From Basidiobolus meristosporus CBS 931.73 (Eukaryota; Fungi; Basidiobolomycota), in NCBI GenBank assembly GCA_002104905.1, contig MCFE01000331.1, positions 1 to 64,000 of the forward strand: DNA of 64,000 nucleotides, in the 5' to 3' direction. This document shows positions 62,161 through 64,000 of this stretch, piece after piece. Under the pieces are notes generated by a model. It did not search any database. It worked only from the letters and a program-made list of their open reading frames with translations, and was not told the origin of the DNA. A program made the translations under genes and the position numbers. Position 1 is the stretch's first letter. Every line of letters begins with the position of its first letter.

Positions 62161-64000
62161 TAATCTCCTGCTTGAATGTTTAAGTTAGGTAAGCTTTTAG
62201 TCAACTCAAATAGTTTTATGTTTAGCCTATCAGTGTATCAGTGTTATCTATCAAATCAGTAGCATTAGCCAGCAAATGAATCAGCATATCCTTATCAGAC
62301 AGATGTAGATATATCAAATAGGATCTTATTGGGTGATGATGATGCAATCAAATGAGTCACAAGCCACAACCTACATTAGCAAATATAATTAGTCAGCAAT
62401 TGATCTGCTAAAATGTATATATGGAGCTGCTAGAATCTCAATAAAAATCAGTTCAAGTTTTTGTGAATACAATACTGTCTAAACTTCCTACTCCTCTTCA
62501 ACTCTGATACCAAGACTTGGACCATTGATAGCAACAATAACCAGAAACCTCCCCCCTGAAGACAGAAGGGGCCAACCTGCAAGATGTCTCAAGATCAAGA
62601 ATGGAAGAATGCAATGCTGCAAATCCTAGCCTAACAGCAACAGTTACTCCAGATCCTTAGCCAGGAGCAGCAAGGAATAGACTTGTTCCGTTGGATAGTG
62701 CCAAATGATGCCAAAGTGTGCCAGAGAGGCCAAATGAGCCTCTACCTGGCCACAGAGTGTGAAACATAGCTCTGCATCTTCATGCAAAGCAGCCCCTGTG
62801 TTTCACCCATTGTGTTGGAGAAAATCCATTTTTTGACCTTTTTTTTTGGATCAATGTTGTGCAGGATGTGTTAGAGCACAAGCAGATTGAAGATATGCAT
62901 CTGGTACTCAATACCCATAGCACTCTGAATCTAGCTCCTGTAGCTTGTGTCATGTCACAAAAATGAATGGCACTATCTTGGTCCACTGGTACTATCTGGC
63001 ACTATAAGTGCTTTGTATAGATCTTACTTTAGGGCTAATATTTAAATATAGTGCCAGATAGTACCAGTGGACCAAGATAGTGCCATTCATTTTTATGACA
63101 TGATACAAGCTACAGGAGCTAGATTCAGAGTGCCATGGGTATTGAGTACCAGATGCATATCTTCAGTTCTCCTGTGCTCTAACACATCCTGAGCTACATT
63201 GATCCACAAAAAAAGGTCAAAAAATGGATTTTCTTCTGCGCAATGGGTGATATACAGGGGCTGCTTTGCATGAAGATGCAGAGCTATGTTTCACACTCTG
63301 TGGCCAGGTAGAGGCTCATTTGGCCTCTCTGGCACACTATGGCATCATTTGGCACTCATGGCTCAATGTGGCCCTATCCAACGGAACAAGTCTAATGACT
63401 ACCATGGTGCAGGACCAGCAAAACCCTGTCAAGAGCAGCAATTGAAGAAGCTTTTAAGGCCAATGGAATTTCTCCTAAAAGCAAGGTGCATTACGCAGCC
63501 TCTTACTCAGCAGATGAAGCCCTACATGGTACTACTGCAAGATCAGGTCAGCCACTATGATGGGATGCTCTACATTCTCTGCCTGGAATGAGTTTGTGCT
63601 GAAAATTCAGTATACTTACAAACCCCACACCAGCGAATATTACTAAGGCAAAAGTTGAAGACACTCAGAGAGAAAGGAATTGTTCATGAGTACATATATA
63701 AATATGGATGTTTACCTTGACAAATTGAAAGAATGGACCCCCTGGTTCAAGATAAAAACTTTATCAATGGGTTGAAAGAAAGAACTTGCAAGGAAGTGAA
63801 TAATCAGTGACCTCAAACTATTGAAGAAGCCATCAAGCTTGCAATTGACTATGATTCAGCTATGTTTGAAGTTGGGAAGCCCACAATGACTTAGCTGAGT
63901 GGCTACAATCACTACGAAAGAAGACAATCCAAAGCAGTGCCAATAGAAATAGATGCTATGCAGAAGAATCCCACCTCAGAAGACAGTAAGAAGAAAGGAA
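62161..64000 (+). mobile_element. Ty3/Gypsy 5' part (LTR 62161-62524, gag) running off the window, interrupted by a MITE
   Basis: LTR homologous to 59711-60078; gag MSQDQEWKNAMLQIL... collinear with 58900-59652. Confidence 0.85.
62679..63393. mobile_element. Fold-back MITE of the PHIS family (715 bp), opposite orientation to 54614-55346
   Basis: Same termini; perfect TSD AAT...AAT; empty site visible in the homologous gag at ~59560 (agAATgactacc). Confidence 0.92.

Noticed and set aside
62491-62520. Reverse-strand TGGTATCAGAG plant-type Met PBS
   Set aside because: Lies inside the Gypsy LTR, is not conserved in the other two LTR copies and faces away from gag.

Overview
Eukaryotic fungal genomic DNA: short GT-AG introns with CTAAC/CTAAT/CTGAC branch sites and typical fungal genes. 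An early-diverging fungus such as a Basidiobolus-like zoopagomycete is my inference. The window has two compartments. (1) CpG-normal gene islands (1-3.5 kb, 11.5-17.3 kb, 19.2-34.4 kb) carry a secreted Cys-rich protein, THI4, an F-box/WD40/UIM protein, a Tfc7-like histidine phosphatase, a C2H2 factor, an MscS-like channel, an Stc1-domain protein and a multi-intron CCHC + ZnF-UBP-like gene that the ORF track misses. (2) Strongly CpG-depleted transposon graveyards (3.5-10.6 kb, 17.4-19.1 kb, 34.5-64 kb) hold nested Copia, Ty3/Gypsy and CACTA remnants. Highlights: a PHIS-type (Pangu-like, ANT target duplication) DNA transposon family seen as two inverted ~3.4-kb copies (one with an intact DDE transposase, each with a divergent unknown ORF) plus ~720-bp fold-back MITEs sharing its termini; a fossil giant-virus-like D5 primase-helicase gene; and an Stc1 + multi-zinc-finger gene pair at the gene/repeat border. 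All identifications are by eye from motifs; no searches were run.
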